This document shows positions 51,062 to 64,000 of a stretch of 64,000 nt of DNA, piece by piece. Source of the DNA: Botryllus schlosseri. Taxonomy: Eukaryota. Position 1 is the stretch's first letter, and each line of letters starts with the position of its first letter. The stretch lies in NCBI GenBank assembly GCA_051294905.1, contig CM119372.1, positions 36,210,001 to 36,274,000 of the forward strand, written 5' to 3'. The notes beneath the pieces were generated by a model. That model had not been told where the DNA came from, did no database searches, and saw only the letters and a list, made by a program, of their open reading frames with translations. The position numbers and the translations under genes are program-made.

Positions 51062-53752
51062 TCCTAGGAGGAATTCTATCAGTGCGCACCTTTCTCAATA
51101 CGAAATCGGAATCTTTCATAGCTATTCGAATCTGAGGTCCATCACAAATACCAGCTTTAACGCTCTCGTTTGATGGGGATCTAGATATACCCACTCTGTT
51201 GACTCAGCATAAAATATTCCATTTACAAGTCAAAAGAGATGAGACTCATTTTAGTATTGTAGGTAAGCTCGTCAAGGACAAATTTGATAGCTTTAGATTC
51301 GTATCTCATCTCAATAGAATGAATTCTTGGTACAGTTTATTTTCGTTGTGAAAAAGTACTATTCCAAGGCTATCCAAGCGAGTTTTTTACCAAACGAAGA
51401 TATCGCATCTTGTCATGTTAATATTGATTATACCGGTAAACAACTAAGGACGACACGAGGGTCCTTCATAGTCAATTATCTATTTATGCGCAGTATAACA
51501 GTAAAAAAGCTCCTATTTACTTCCTATCAAGTGAATTGTTACAGTAATTGGGCTTATGGGTGTATGTATCTTCTAAACTAGAGCCAATCTGACAAAACCA
51601 ATGTGATATTCGTAATCAGCAACCTTGAAAACCCCAGAAACGACTCCCTGATGTTCTGTTAAAAGAACTTATTTTAATTTCCTGACCAGTGTTATTAGAT
51701 GTTTGACTTGGAAAGTGACATCGTCAGTAGCCTGCTATAACAGTAGTTTCGTGGAGTGGCGCATATCTAAAACAATCTGTCCTCTCCAATGCTGAAATGT
51801 AGCGAATCGATTCAACCTCGATGAAATTGAAATATATTCTGTAGTATTTCTAAACTTCACTTGGCGGTAGTGGTCGAATTATAGTGGAGAAGTTGACGCA
51901 AAGGTGTACCGACAACAGCACGCAATATGTGAGTTCGGGTCTCAGCGGCAGAAGGGTAGAAGGTTTATATGGTATTTTAATTCCTTATGTGGCTGTTCAT
52001 AAGGAGAGGGTACCATACAAGAGAATATAATGAAAGAGTAGGATGTAGTGATAAGGCTTCAAAGAATAACGGAAATCCAATATGCCGTGTTATTTCGGGT
52101 AAATTATTTCGATTACTGAGTGTCTTGAGCAGATGAACGTAACGGTAATGCATTATGTTGAAGACCTGCAGCCAGCCTCGTGTCATCTCGCACTTAAAAA
52201 CAATATACCGCAACAGCTGCTCCGCGAACTCTCGATGGAAGAGGAATATGTAGCGCTTTATATCAGACTTGGACAACTATATAATTATAGTTGCCTAATT
52301 TCACTAAAAAAGAGCGAAATGCCAGTAATCTAATTCTAATCTAATTTGTGAAATGTTTTTGTGCTCAAATTCTAATTCTGATCTGATTTATTGTTTTCCT
52401 GAAAATGCCTCTTTGTCCGAAGCATTTTGTAGCGAGTCAAGTTAAGATAGCGAGAAGTATGCAATCGTTTTTTTGTTGTTGTTGCAAGTTTATGGTCCTA
52501 GAGAGTGACATTTAAAGGGTTTTTCTCGTCATTAATTATGTTCATGATGGCGTCCTTGTGATTTTACGGTAGTGATTCTACTGAGTCGAGTAAAGTTGCC
52601 TTGTCCAGATGAACGTGCTACCGCCGAGAGTCGTTTGCAGTCTTTCGTGCCCGAAGGCCGTGAATTTAACTGACCACGCCAACTCGAATAATATTCTTCT
52701 CTTTGACAATATCGAGGGAAGAAGCGTTTCGGAGTCCAACCAAGCACCTTATCGTGCTACCTTGCTCATTGCCGCCGACCATCAGAAATAGCCTACTCTG
52801 GAAACAAGGAATACAATGTGCCACACGAGAACACTTGACAATAGCTATACCGGCCATCCACAAAATCCTGGCGGGCCTTTTGAAAAAATGACTTCGTTGC
52901 ATGTCATTATTTCGTGACCTATACTTACTGTCTGTTATGTAGTGATTAGATATTAAAATAGACCAAGGGTACCAAACTAAAAGCCGCACACGATTCGAAA
53001 TTGGTATTTTTTCACTGGCAAGTACCGTTTGTGATGGCATCTGTCCTAGGGTGCAGATCGTCAGGACAGCGACATTTGGCGCCAGTCATTTAGGCGCCTG
53101 GACAATTAGACATATTATATATCGAAGTATTCCGTCAACAAAGTGCAGTCCTTTTCGGCCCAGGTTTTCTCGCTGCCGAAGTTTTGGCACACTTGTCGAA
53201 GTCCCATGCTAGCCTAAACTGCATTTTGTGTTGTAGAGTCGTGGCGCGGCAATGGCTGATGCCGAAATGCCGATTTCTTTAATTCATGCGTATTTCTTGG
53301 AGAAGGGCACCCAATAAGCCAGACATTTAATGACACTTAGTCGTGCAAAGCGCAAATAGAAATTGAAAAATGTTGGAGAAAAAATACTCTTTTGATTTAT
53401 GTTGATTTGTGAAATAATTTTAGGTCCCCTTCAAGCTCGGCCCCTCTCCAATTGGTGGCTTTGGTGTGCCCGAGCTACACGGCCCTGTGAAATATGAATG
53501 AATCGAAAACGAATGATCGCGCAAACTGCGCGGTTTAGCGGGTCAGCTCGTTCTAGTCGTTCGCATGTCGCCAAATGACACGCCTTGAACTTCATTTAAA
53601 ATCGATGTTACCTGAATCAGCTCAAAATTTTATGTTTCATTTATTTTTTCCAATGGACAAGCCTTCAACATATTACATCTAGAAATTAACCCGATCGAAA
53701 CGGCCGGCCTCGAGTTCAAATTTCAATGCATTTAGAAAAATGTTCATAAAAT

Positions 53753-53830
53753 CCGAACCACGAGACTTGAACCGACACCCAATATATCGCTGTAATCGTG
53801 AAACAGCCGCCTAACCAACTGAGCTACTCT
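53753..53830 (-). other. tRNA-like (SINE head or tRNA pseudogene) sequence
   Basis: The reverse strand reads GTAGCTCAGTTGGTTAGGCG...GGTTCAAGTC (A and B boxes). Cloverleaf not convincing. Confidence 0.55.
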
Positions 53831-55646
53831 CAAAGCGAGAGAGAAACAGGTGATGCCCCTATACCAAGAAGTGTTCTCAACTTTTTGAAAATAAAAGAGA
53901 ATTTGCTTCTTGAATTTGCGACTACGTCATACATAGACGGGCTCGGGATAGAATCATCGCCTGACTGATTTCACAGCAATACCAGGATTCCAAAATGACC
54001 TGAGTGAGGTTCTTACGATAATACAATCGACTGTAACGACCGCTGATATACCGATGGCTACAGTTGGCTATAGCGCGATTGATGCCAGGCGTCTCGCATT
54101 CAGCGCACATACACGCGCCGCGTGTTATTGTAGTATTGACGACGTTCATTCAATGATTCAATTCACAGTGCCGGACGCCGATGTATGTAATCGCTTCGTA
54201 CGAGTTACTAAGTACTAGATAGTGCTTTATCGAAACACACCTTGCTCTTGTACAACAAGTAGAACTGAATATATATTGGTTGGATTGACAGGTAGTCATA
54301 TCTGCAATATAAAATGCAGTGTTTCACTGCTATTTTACTGGGCATTTGAAGAAAGATTAGGTCATACGGGGCCTAAGATAACTTATCGTAGGCCCCGCGT
54401 CATATTATGCAAGCCTTTCATCGACACTGGTGATGTAGACAATCGCTTTGAGACAAGGGCTGTCTATTGAACCAATAGGCATCCTGATAACCCAGCTATC
54501 ACGACATGCGCATCGCAGCAATCAGTTTCGAAGTGCACATCTCGACCGCCGACTCTACATACCTATTTATTCGCTAATTTGACAATGGACATTGAACATT
54601 CAACCATATTTAGGTTTTGTTCTCTACCATGGGCCAGATCTGAAACATTTTCACCAGAAGTGAAGCCATTTACGGACATAAATTTTCTGTCATATCGATT
54701 GCGCTTTGGAGATCTTGTAGCTCGCTGAACTGAATACCATCATGTTGGTAATGCTGTATTAGTATGAAAAGCAGCAATCGATATGCGTAATCTGCAACAG
54801 CGAATCTTCGCTAATCACAACAGCAAATATATTACCGCGTGTTATTGTTTGGGTGATAACATAGTATCGCGGACGTTGAAATGATTCATTTCACAACGCC
54901 GGTATATGTAATCGCTTGTCCATCCTTTGTACGAGTTCGTGCCATGTGTTGAAACTAACATTGCTGTTGTACAACACGCGCATCGCAGCAATCAGTTTCG
55001 AAGTGCGTCTCGTGACCGCAGACTCTACATACCTCGATCCGCTAGATTGAAAATCGACATTCAACCATATTTTTGTAAAGTAATTTATTGCGTGGCGCAA
55101 TATATGCCATTGGCTTTGCTGGTCGTCAAATTTTCATGAATGACCTGCGCGTTGTGGACGGAAATCTCGAGCAGACACGAAAATACCTTTCAATACCAGA
55201 ATCGTGACCGGAGCTTTGATGTGCCGGTGCATTTCGTTTTATTCGCTAGGCTACTACGTAAAAGACGTGAAACATTTTCACCAGAAGTGCAGCCATTTAC
55301 GGACATAAATTTCCTGTCATATCAATAGCGGAGATCTTGTAGCTCGCTGAACAACATCATGGCAGTATTGGTGTATTAGTATGAAAAGCAAAAATATTCA
55401 ATATGCGTAATCTTCAACAGCAACAGAAAATACATTGCTAAAACCCGCGCATGTTATTTCGTAAAATATTTTTACTTCCAGTTCAAAGATTCTTCTGTGC
55501 GACTAATTATTGATTATAAGTATTCCAATAGATGGGCAATGGGCATAACCAACGCATGTTAGGAGAAAAGATCTGCAAATGAATTTGATGTCTCGGCGAT
55601 GCGCTGATTTAGGTCACGGGCGCTGGTTTATCTCACGCGCGCACAT

Positions 55647-58600
55647 TAGGGTTGTTCAGAATTGACCGACTTTCAAAAAGTCGTGGTTTTCAGTCCGATT
55701 CCCATGCCTTATACCATAGAAACATATTCTAGCTACTTTTTTTCGTAATTCATCCCTTGCATCCGTGTGCATTTTGAGCTGGAAAATTATCGGCTAAAAA
55801 TAGGGGATTCCCCTAAAATTTGAGTGTCGCCGTTCGGACTAGGCTAGTAAACGTCATATATAAGCTGGGTTTATGCAGCTATTGCGGTTTGGAGTGCTAC
55901 ATAACCTTATTAGAGAAAGTATTGCCGGTTCAGGACACCATTTTCATGTCCTACACTCCCTTAGAACTCCTCAAAACTGCCTAAGACTGATAGTCATGTT
56001 GTTGGATCACATATCCTACACTCCTCAACCCTACCTGAGATTGTCCATCAATTTCCGGGAACACCATGTGCAACAATACAACTGTGAATGTATCATTCAC
56101 TCACAGCCACATTTTAAACATCACATTGTTCAAAGGAAACGAAACAATAAGGAAAAGAAATGGATCAACTTGGCAAACACTACTTGAATCAGGTGGATGA
56201 AATGGTTGCTTTAGAGAAATCGGCATATCTGTTCCCGTGATCTTCCACGGCTTGTAAGAGGCTCGTCCGCTGTTCTTAGTCATCTGTTTTTAAAGCATCA
56301 AAGTCGGTATTCAATTTTACCAAACGCTTTGCTGCGTCTTTAACTACTTCAACACTACTCACAAATTCTTGAGCAGTAACAAAATGCGGATCTGTATGCC
56401 ATTCCGAAACTGGAAAACTCAACTGATCATGTTCGGCATGCATAGCATCGAATAGAAACCATGATTCCGGTCCAATTAAAGCAACCATACTCATTGACTC
56501 AGAGACAGAGTCAGAGATTAGACTCAGAGGTATACCTCTGCGAAATTGTTCAAGAATTGGCATTTGCAGCAATTTAGCAGCCATCGTTTCCTTCACTTTG
56601 TCAGGAATCTTTGGTTTAGCCGAAAACATTGTAGATACCACCGTTTCCTCGGTGAGATGCCAATGATGTTTTCACATCTTTTTATATGCCACATCAGCAA
56701 CTGTGAAATCGCATGATGTAAAGTCTGTCATGTGATGAAGAAATTTGAGATCATTACTCTGTGCGTCACATGCAATATTAGTTTTAAGCTGGGACAGAAA
56801 ACTGGGCAATATTTATTCGTACCAACTTTCTAATGAACTCTTCAGAATAGCCCATTTGCTCACTCCACATGAACATTTGTTGACAGTACAGCACTTGACT
56901 CGTCCATCCAGTGCTATAGTAGCACCAGGCTTGCGAAAACGATTATCAACATATTGGTCATCTAAAATCACCAAGGCGCCTGTTGCACAGTCTCTGTAGT
57001 CATCTCTTATCAATACTTCTTTCTGCTTTCCATTATATGGCTTAATCAGTGGAATTATTCTTGCTTTGCTTCATCAGCTTTCATCGCCAACCCGCTGCCT
57101 TCATCAAACTGAAGTGTTTTAGAGCTTCTTAATTGATCAATATCTTTCCACTTCTTGGAAGGTATTAAAATCTGTGTTTTCAGGGCCTGTGGTCGCCGAT
57201 CCAAATAGACACTTCACTTCCAAATCTCCCGGATGACTAGTTCATTAATATGATGGCGAAAAGACTGTAGAAAACTTTCCTGTTTATCAATTCTTCAAGT
57301 AACAGAACAATTTTTCCATTGTTTGAGGATGTTGTGTCAAACACAAGAGCTCTGACATTTTTTGTTAAATTATATAGTTCCAGCAGTTCAAATGACGGAT
57401 CAGCCTGTGCTTTTCCGGTAGCACTCTCCAGAGTTCGAATGCCAAGAAGATTGCCCTTCTCAAATGCGTTACAACACGTAGACGATGCCAGCACTGCCAA
57501 GGCCTCAAATTGCTCTCCTAAACGACTCCCAGTGAGCTTTCCATTCCAGTGCAATGTGATGTGCTTTGGTGGATCGTTTGCTATTTTTTCAACAATAGAC
57601 TCAGAAATTTTAAAACGATTTGCAATGCGTCGTCGATAGGTTCCAGATCTTGAAAGATGAAAGTCATTAGGGTCACCATCGCAAGCTTCAATCAGTGCTG
57701 CAGTTATCATGGTAGCAGCATTATTGCTGACTTTCAAGCGATCGGAAACCTGGCATATGTCTTTGTCGTTGAACAGGTTTACAGGCGCTTTTAGAGTCAC
57801 AAATTTAAAGCAATGAAGCAATGTCGACTGCGCCACTTCAAAATCACCGCTGTGGGAAGTGTCATCTACCTGCGAAGATATAGATGAGCTCTCTGTAAAT
57901 TCACCTTCGCTACTTGAAGCTGGTGCACTCTCTCGCACTCATGGTCCGTCTCTTTTGTTGCATGGTTTTCACTTTCAACACTGTATCTTTGCCACCAATC
58001 GTTGCTAATCACGGACCCCTTTGATCCTGATAAAATGTTTTGTATTCATGTTTCTTATCGCCGGAGAGAAGTGTACTTGCTTCAATTGTCGTCATCGCGT
58101 CAGGAGCTCCTCCATGCCCATAGCTTACTCAACTTGGCTTCAAAGTCACTTTGTTTTCTTGATACATATTGCTGGCCTTTAGTCTAGTGACAGCCATTTG
58201 GTTTCTGTTTTCACACTGTCTCTAATCTTTCAATGGCATTGACTTGTGTGATGGTCTTTGTGGCAGCCAGGAACCAAAAACGTATTACCGTACTTCATCT
58301 CCTACGTCCTGGATGTGTAACTTTACTGGTTCATTTTTCGCATATGAATGCTCTCTTAGGTGTAACACATACTGCATAACTTTCCCAAGAGTAAGCAGCT
58401 TCGATCTCGTAATGTTTCCTCAGAGGGCCCAGCTAGGAAATGATGTGTCTGCGACCGTGATCTTCTAGTTTTCTTTGATACTATATCACTAGATGGCAAT
58501 TTTCTTTTTTTTTTTAGATATTTCGCACTAGAGCTAATCCTAGAAAAATAAATATACATCATCTCAGTCAAGCAACAAAGAATAGTTGGAAACATTTCAG

Positions 58601-59272
58601 TTCTCTAAGGTCAAACACATACTGCACAACTTGAGCAAGAATAGTCGGATTAGATCCAGTTATTGATTCTAGAAGATAATGATTCCTAAATTGGAAATAC
58701 TCCGACCAGTATATTGCTATCTTAGGAAATAACATAAAATTCAGAGCAACCGATTGGCTGTTTTCCACAGTCACTGGAAAAGACATTTACAAGCTTTGTT
58801 TTCTATCTCAGTAGACAAGAAAGAGTATCAGGTCCATTAGATCGAATAATTCAATACTGCTACAATACTATAATCACTAATCCTGCGCTAGACTCGCTAA
58901 CAGCATGAGTTAAAAAGCTACCTGGTAAGTCCTGCACCTCAATCGTAAACACAGTTCTTCAACAACAAAGCAGCAAAACACCTGAGTAATCAATGATCCC
59001 CATTTCACTGCCGTGCCTAGCGCGTCATCAACGCTAGAACATCCGCTTCACGTCAATGAGAACACATGCGGTTGCTGTCGAGTCACTCACAACGGGGGAA
59101 TCCCCAAATTCCGAAGAATTTTTTTGGTGCATGAAAAAACGGCAAAATGCACACGGATGCAGGGGATGAAGTACAAAAAAAAGTAGCCAGAATTTGTTTT
59201 TAAGGTATAAGGCATGGGAAACGGACTGAAAACCTAGACTTTTTGAAAGTCGGTCAATTCTGAACAACCCTA
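55647..59272 (-). mobile_element. hATm-like DNA transposon with roughly 130-bp imperfect terminal inverted repeats
   Basis: TAGGGTTGTTCAGAATTGACCGACTTTCAAAAAGTC at both ends, inverted. TSD degraded (GCGCACAT/ACGCTCAG). Confidence 0.85.
56190..58420 (-). pseudogene. Frameshifted DDE transposase (hATm-like)
   Basis: LHWNGKL, LLGIRTLESATGKAQA, ALVFDTTSSN, RFRKPGA, LIGPESWFLF and VVKDAAKRLVKL across ORFs 57237-57938, 56813-57013 and 56276-56641. Confidence 0.82.
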
Positions 59273-60061
59273 ACGCTCAGTTATCATTAATGATTATGCC
59301 GTTTCGATCGGGTTAAGGTATCAAATTGTAATATACCTGGCGGACCAGTGCCGGTCCGTGGACCGGCGGTTGAGAACCACTGCCCTAGCCGTTTTCTAAG
59401 CGTCTCGGTCTTCGCAGTTTACGGGCCGTTGCACGTCGAGGCAACATGCTTATTCATATCAGCTGCATCTCCATCGATGGAATGCTGTTGCCAACGCCGA
59501 AGTTGTTTCAGTGAGTGGGAAATAATGTTGTTGAGCACAGGCGAGTAGCTAATTTTGAAACAACAACAATAATTTGAAACTGAAATCAATTACAGCATTT
59601 CAAAATGCTCCATTCTGCGTTCACAGATCAGATCGCCCACCTCGATTGATGACCCCTGGTATTGTGCAATGCAAAATGAACCTAGCTTGGTGCAAAGACG
59701 CCATATCGGAGACTTAGGGTGCAACTCCGTTCATCGGCATTTTCCGTGACCTAATGTCGCTTTGACACCCATTTAATGGAGGAAAACGCGTCAAATGGAG
59801 ACGGCTCCGCTTAATTCGGACACCGGATGACCGTTGCAACTACTTTATTCGGCCAAAATGCTCAGGAAATAGTATATAGTAATTATTGAATCGTTTGGTA
59901 TCGAAATACCATGGTATCAGTATCAGTTTATTAACAATTTCATCATTTCATACCACCACAAGCCTGCGATATAATGAAAAGATAAAAAGGTATCGATACG
60001 GCTTGGAGTAGACTTTCAAACCCACCTGGGCCTAGTCGATGTAAACAGTAACCATGTACAC

Positions 60062-61340
60062 CAGTGGTCGGGAACCTTTTTTGTCTGAAGAGCCATATTG
60101 GCCCTATTTTTCCATTTTAACTCCCAAAGAGCCATACATCCCAATCAACTGTTACGTCACAACGGAAAATCCTGACGTCATGGTAGCACTAATTCGAACT
60201 CACTAAACGGGATTCGTCATGTTCCCCACATTTTCTCTGTAAAAACTCGTACTTAACATGCCGGTTGCCTTATTTAAGCTTGTGAAACTTCAGTTACGAG
60301 AACGTAGGTTCGTCGTGCACTCGTGATGCTATACTTCTGAATGCGAGAACCCATGATCACATGCGTAGGTGGATCCAAACAGGGTCACTACAGCAGTATA
60401 AATGCCTACCCACTCTACGCTGTGATACATCGATGACGTCGGGTCAGGGGAGGCAAGTGAGACACTAGGCCTACCTCACCTGTCATCAGGATGAGTGAAC
60501 GGAAATTGTGAAACCTTGAATTACTATTGGTATTTTCTATGGATGTTCATGAATGACAAGATTTTGAACATTTTTCATCCAAAATCACACAATTTGCATA
60601 TTTATTGTACGAATTTAAAGTGCGAAACGAGAGGTAAGTCAAATATGCGCCAAACCTCACCATTGATAACGCAATTCATCGTAAATAGCTTAGAATTTAT
60701 TATAACTGATGTTCATCGAATGTAACTGTAACGAGTCTGAAAATCTAAATACTGATCGACTTCTCAATTCTCAAAGTATTCGGCGTTAACATATAACGTT
60801 GCGATACACCCCTGCATATTATCGCCGGCACGACAGAGCTACTTACCAATCAAGAACGTTGATAGCTATGACGTTGTTTGTAATTCGAGTTTGTAATGGT
60901 GAATGTAACGTCCACGGTAGTTCATTTCGTGCCGAAGATCAGGAAGACAATGTCTATTTGAAAACTGCGTTCATATGGGCGTCGCCATGTCTGCTATTCT
61001 CTTTGATCAATCAAAGTATCGTGCAATCCAAGATTTCGAGTCGGGTAGGCCTATACCGAATTCGCGAATGATATTGGTCGCCGGCGCGACAGTAATTTTA
61101 ATTCGACGATTTTGAAAAGAGGAGGACCGAGCCCCTAAACCTGAAGAGGGCATTGTCTTAACCTCGCAAAAACACGTTTATGCTGCCACGACTATAATTA
61201 TTATGGTCGTGATGAAAATTTACTAATAAGTTGCTGCAATATTGATCAATTCAGTATAAAAATAAATGTTTGGCAAAGAGCCATATCTTATACCCCAAAG
61301 AGCCATATATGGCTTGCGAGCCATAGGTTCCCGACCACTG
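60062..61340. mobile_element. hAT MITE family C
   Basis: Ends CAGTGGTCGGGAACCT...AGGTTCCCGACCACTG with exact TSD ATGTACAC. Confidence 0.92.
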
Positions 61341-61863
61341 ATGTACACCAAGCGAAAACTAGCATTAGATAACATAAAGTAGCGACAAAATGAGGTAGCA
61401 TGTGACGGAAGCTAGATCGATATGTCAGGTCGTGGTCAGGAAAACTTGAGAGCTGACTATTCATTCAGTAGAAATTGTGTGTATTTCTACTTTGATGTGG
61501 ACATGCTCGAAGACTGTCGGATGGCCGGCGAGATACTGTTCCACACTTCAGGTACAGCATATTCGAGGAGCGATGATCTTTCACGTTGAACATAGGATAG
61601 TTGGACGACTTGGACGTGCGTGTGTTGTATTTAAGCGCTTTTGATACCGTGGTAAAGAAGTCACTGAAATTTTCGGGGCATGCCGTAACCGCAATGGAGC
61701 TTATACATAAATTTGCCAATTTATAGTTTTCGCATACAATTAACATGAAGGTACAACTGAGGCCTGAGTGTTTGTTTTATTCTATCAATCCTAATTCCTG
61801 TGGTATAGCGCTGCAGCAATTCATTAAATACGCAACATAGCAGTATTTTCAATGCGTTGTCTC

Positions 61864-63240
61864 CAGGGTTGTAACCAAGTCACAAGGTTCCGAGTCCCAA
61901 GTTAATCTAACTTTTATAGTTTTAACTTGAGTCAAGTCGAGTCATTTGCAATTCACCACCGAGTCCAGTCCGAATTCAAGGTATCTAGTAGAGTAGAGGA
62001 TCCAGTCCGAGTCATAGTGTTTTGACTCGAGTCCGAGTCCAAGTCCAAGTGATCATGTTCACTGTTCAATTTTCAGTTCAATCCGGTTCAACTTACTTTT
62101 TTCAACTCTGCTGGTGTGATATAGAATGGGTCGGATTTATAATATAGTAATTGAAATAAAATATTAGCTATCCATGTTCTTTATTTGCTTGTAGCTTTCT
62201 AGCACCGCCGTAAAAAGTGTAGTGTGTAGTGCAGCGCTATGTTGCGCCAAATACTTTACAAGTCGATCAATATTTATATTTTTGGAATGAGTATGACAAT
62301 TACATTTGATTGCTATCAGTCATAAATTCTAGCCTATTTACGACGAGTTTCGCTATCACAGGCGAGGCTTGGCCCGTTTGTGCCTCATATGTGCCATTAC
62401 CTCTTTATTCGCGGTTTATTTTCGAACAATGAATATAAAAATTACATGATTTGGGAGTGAAATTGTTTGAAATCAAGTCATTCATAGACATCGATAGAAA
62501 ATACCAATGATCATTGAAGGGTTCACAATTTTCCCTCACACATCCCTGACGACATATGAGGCACTGCCTCACTTGCCTGACCTATAACCCCACGTCACTG
62601 ACTTATCACACCTTGCAGTGCAGGGGTGTCAAACATACGGCCCGCCAGACGATTTTATCCGGCCCGCACATCCTAAAAACGCATACTCCGGCCTAACGCC
62701 AGATTACGACTAAAACAAAACGAGCATAAAAATATGCAAACATATAACGTCGTTACAGCTGTATTCAACCGGCCAATCATAGTATTTTGTCAATTCCGTT
62801 ATTTGCGAATAACGATGGTGCTAGAACAGAACCACTATTGTCCTTAACGTCATGCAATCCCTACTATTATTTATATAGACCTGATAATACAGTAGTTATA
62901 AGTGCAAAACAAGGACATGGATATTGAGGTAAACTTTTGGAACAATTAGACTGGTCCGGCCCGCGAGTGATCTGAAGGTTTGAATCTGGCCCGCGACGCA
63001 ACTTTAGTTCGACTGTAATGGATAGCATATTTACAGCTGTATTAACTATGTTTGGTTGAACCTTCGCATATGGGCAGAAATATATGACGCACACTACTAA
63101 TCTCATATAATAGTGCTATCAACGTCACGAATTTTCGATTGTGACGTAACAGTTGATTGACATGTATGGCTCTTTGAGAGTTGCAAGTCAAAATATTGGG
63201 TCAATATGACTCTTCGGTCGAAAAAGGTTCTCGACCCCTG
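61864..63240. mobile_element. Mosaic of MITE pieces: left end of the 5123 family, an inverted partial family C (about 62300-63240) and a nested family-A-like piece (about 62621-63010)
   Basis: CAGGGTTGTAACCAAGTCAC at 61864, CAGGGGTGTCAAACATACGGCCC at 62621, and AAAAGGTTCTCGACCCCTG ending at 63240. Confidence 0.7.
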
Positions 63241-63312
63241 TTGTATATAAACCGGTATATACTGTCAGCTGTTTTAGTGTATCCTCGTTTTGTTTCTAAT
63301 ACTAGGTTATAC

Positions 63313-63754
63313 TAGGCTTACCATATTTCGGAAATGAAAAAAGAGGACACTTTTTCAGAAATTTCAGGCATGCAAAACTGGAGAAGAATTCTCAAAAACC
63401 GGTAAATTTCACCCGCTCCATGATCGGTTGACTAAAAAAAAAAAAAAAAAGGTCATCACTTCCGCTCAGAGCTCAAAAACACGTTTTTCACTCCTCATTG
63501 CTAGGTGGATGACTAAAAAAAAAAAAAAGTTCTTCATTTCGCTCAGAGCTGGAATCACCGCTTTTCCCTCCGAAATACCCGCCGGAGCTTCACTTCTGCG
63601 CTATCACTCGCAATTTCCTCTATATCTGACCTAAATTTTCAAAAAAGAGGACAGAATCTCAAAAAAGAGGACAAAAGGGCGTCCTCCGAGGACACTTTCA
63701 AAAAAGTCAAAAAAGAGGACAAATCCTCTTAAAAGAGGACGTATGGTAAGCCTA
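63313..63754. mobile_element. MITE (Tip100-like hAT) with AAAAGAGGAC repeats
   Basis: Ends TAGGCTTACCATA...TATGGTAAGCCTA. No clear TSD. Confidence 0.75.
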
Positions 63755-64000
63755 CCAAACTTCCTTCTACGAGTGACGCACATGCTATCACGTTGAAAGA
63801 GCGGTGTTATATTGGCACCGGAAAGCGTTCGTAATCTGCATTATGGCCAAGCATATTCATTATCCACTTCCTGATGATTCACATGCCCAATCGATAACAT
63901 CATATGTAGATTGATTACTTTCTGTGACGCATCTTGATTACCTTAATACCACGCAATTTAATGGGTGCTTAGCCGTCCTCGTGGCTACTCATCACTACAG

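Larger units (their letters stand above)
53690..59312. mobile_element. Non-autonomous piggyBac-like element
   Basis: Perfect 15-bp terminal inverted repeat CCCGATCGAAACGGC, TTAA on both sides (53686-53689 and 59313-59316), and the host MITE resumes afterwards. Confidence 0.88.
52470..59382. mobile_element. Second, 5'-truncated copy of the hAT MITE at 17534-34021, split by a piggyBac-like element
   Basis: Collinear with 17650-17960, 31990-32056 and 33098-34021. Ends GGCGGTTGAGAACCACTG. Confidence 0.8.

Noticed and set aside
51560..51690. Motif GATATTCGTAATCAGCAACCTTGAAAACCCC, reminiscent of a transposon subterminal sequence
   Set aside because: No partner end or TSD found, so no element could be delimited.

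Overview
AT-rich, intron-containing animal DNA, probably a marine invertebrate (an ascidian is my guess from the 7TM gene type, not proven). It is mostly nested non-autonomous DNA transposons, many with exact target-site duplications (TSDs), plus tRNA-derived SINEs, a LINE 3' end and one intact single-exon 7TM-like gene (13743-14663). The standout is a 14,006-bp near-perfect palindrome at 17969-31974, with arms of about 6.7 kb and a 579-bp spacer. It has AGTAGT...ACTACT ends, is flanked by a 6-bp direct repeat (GTGGAC) and splits an older hAT MITE. These ends match a Maverick/Polinton-type insertion, but I see no Polinton core genes. Each arm instead carries a spliced leucine-rich-repeat (LRR) gene of the ribonuclease-inhibitor/NLR type, arranged tail-to-tail. 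The left copy has a nonsense codon where the right copy has Ser. All coordinates and alignments were done by eye and no database searches were run.
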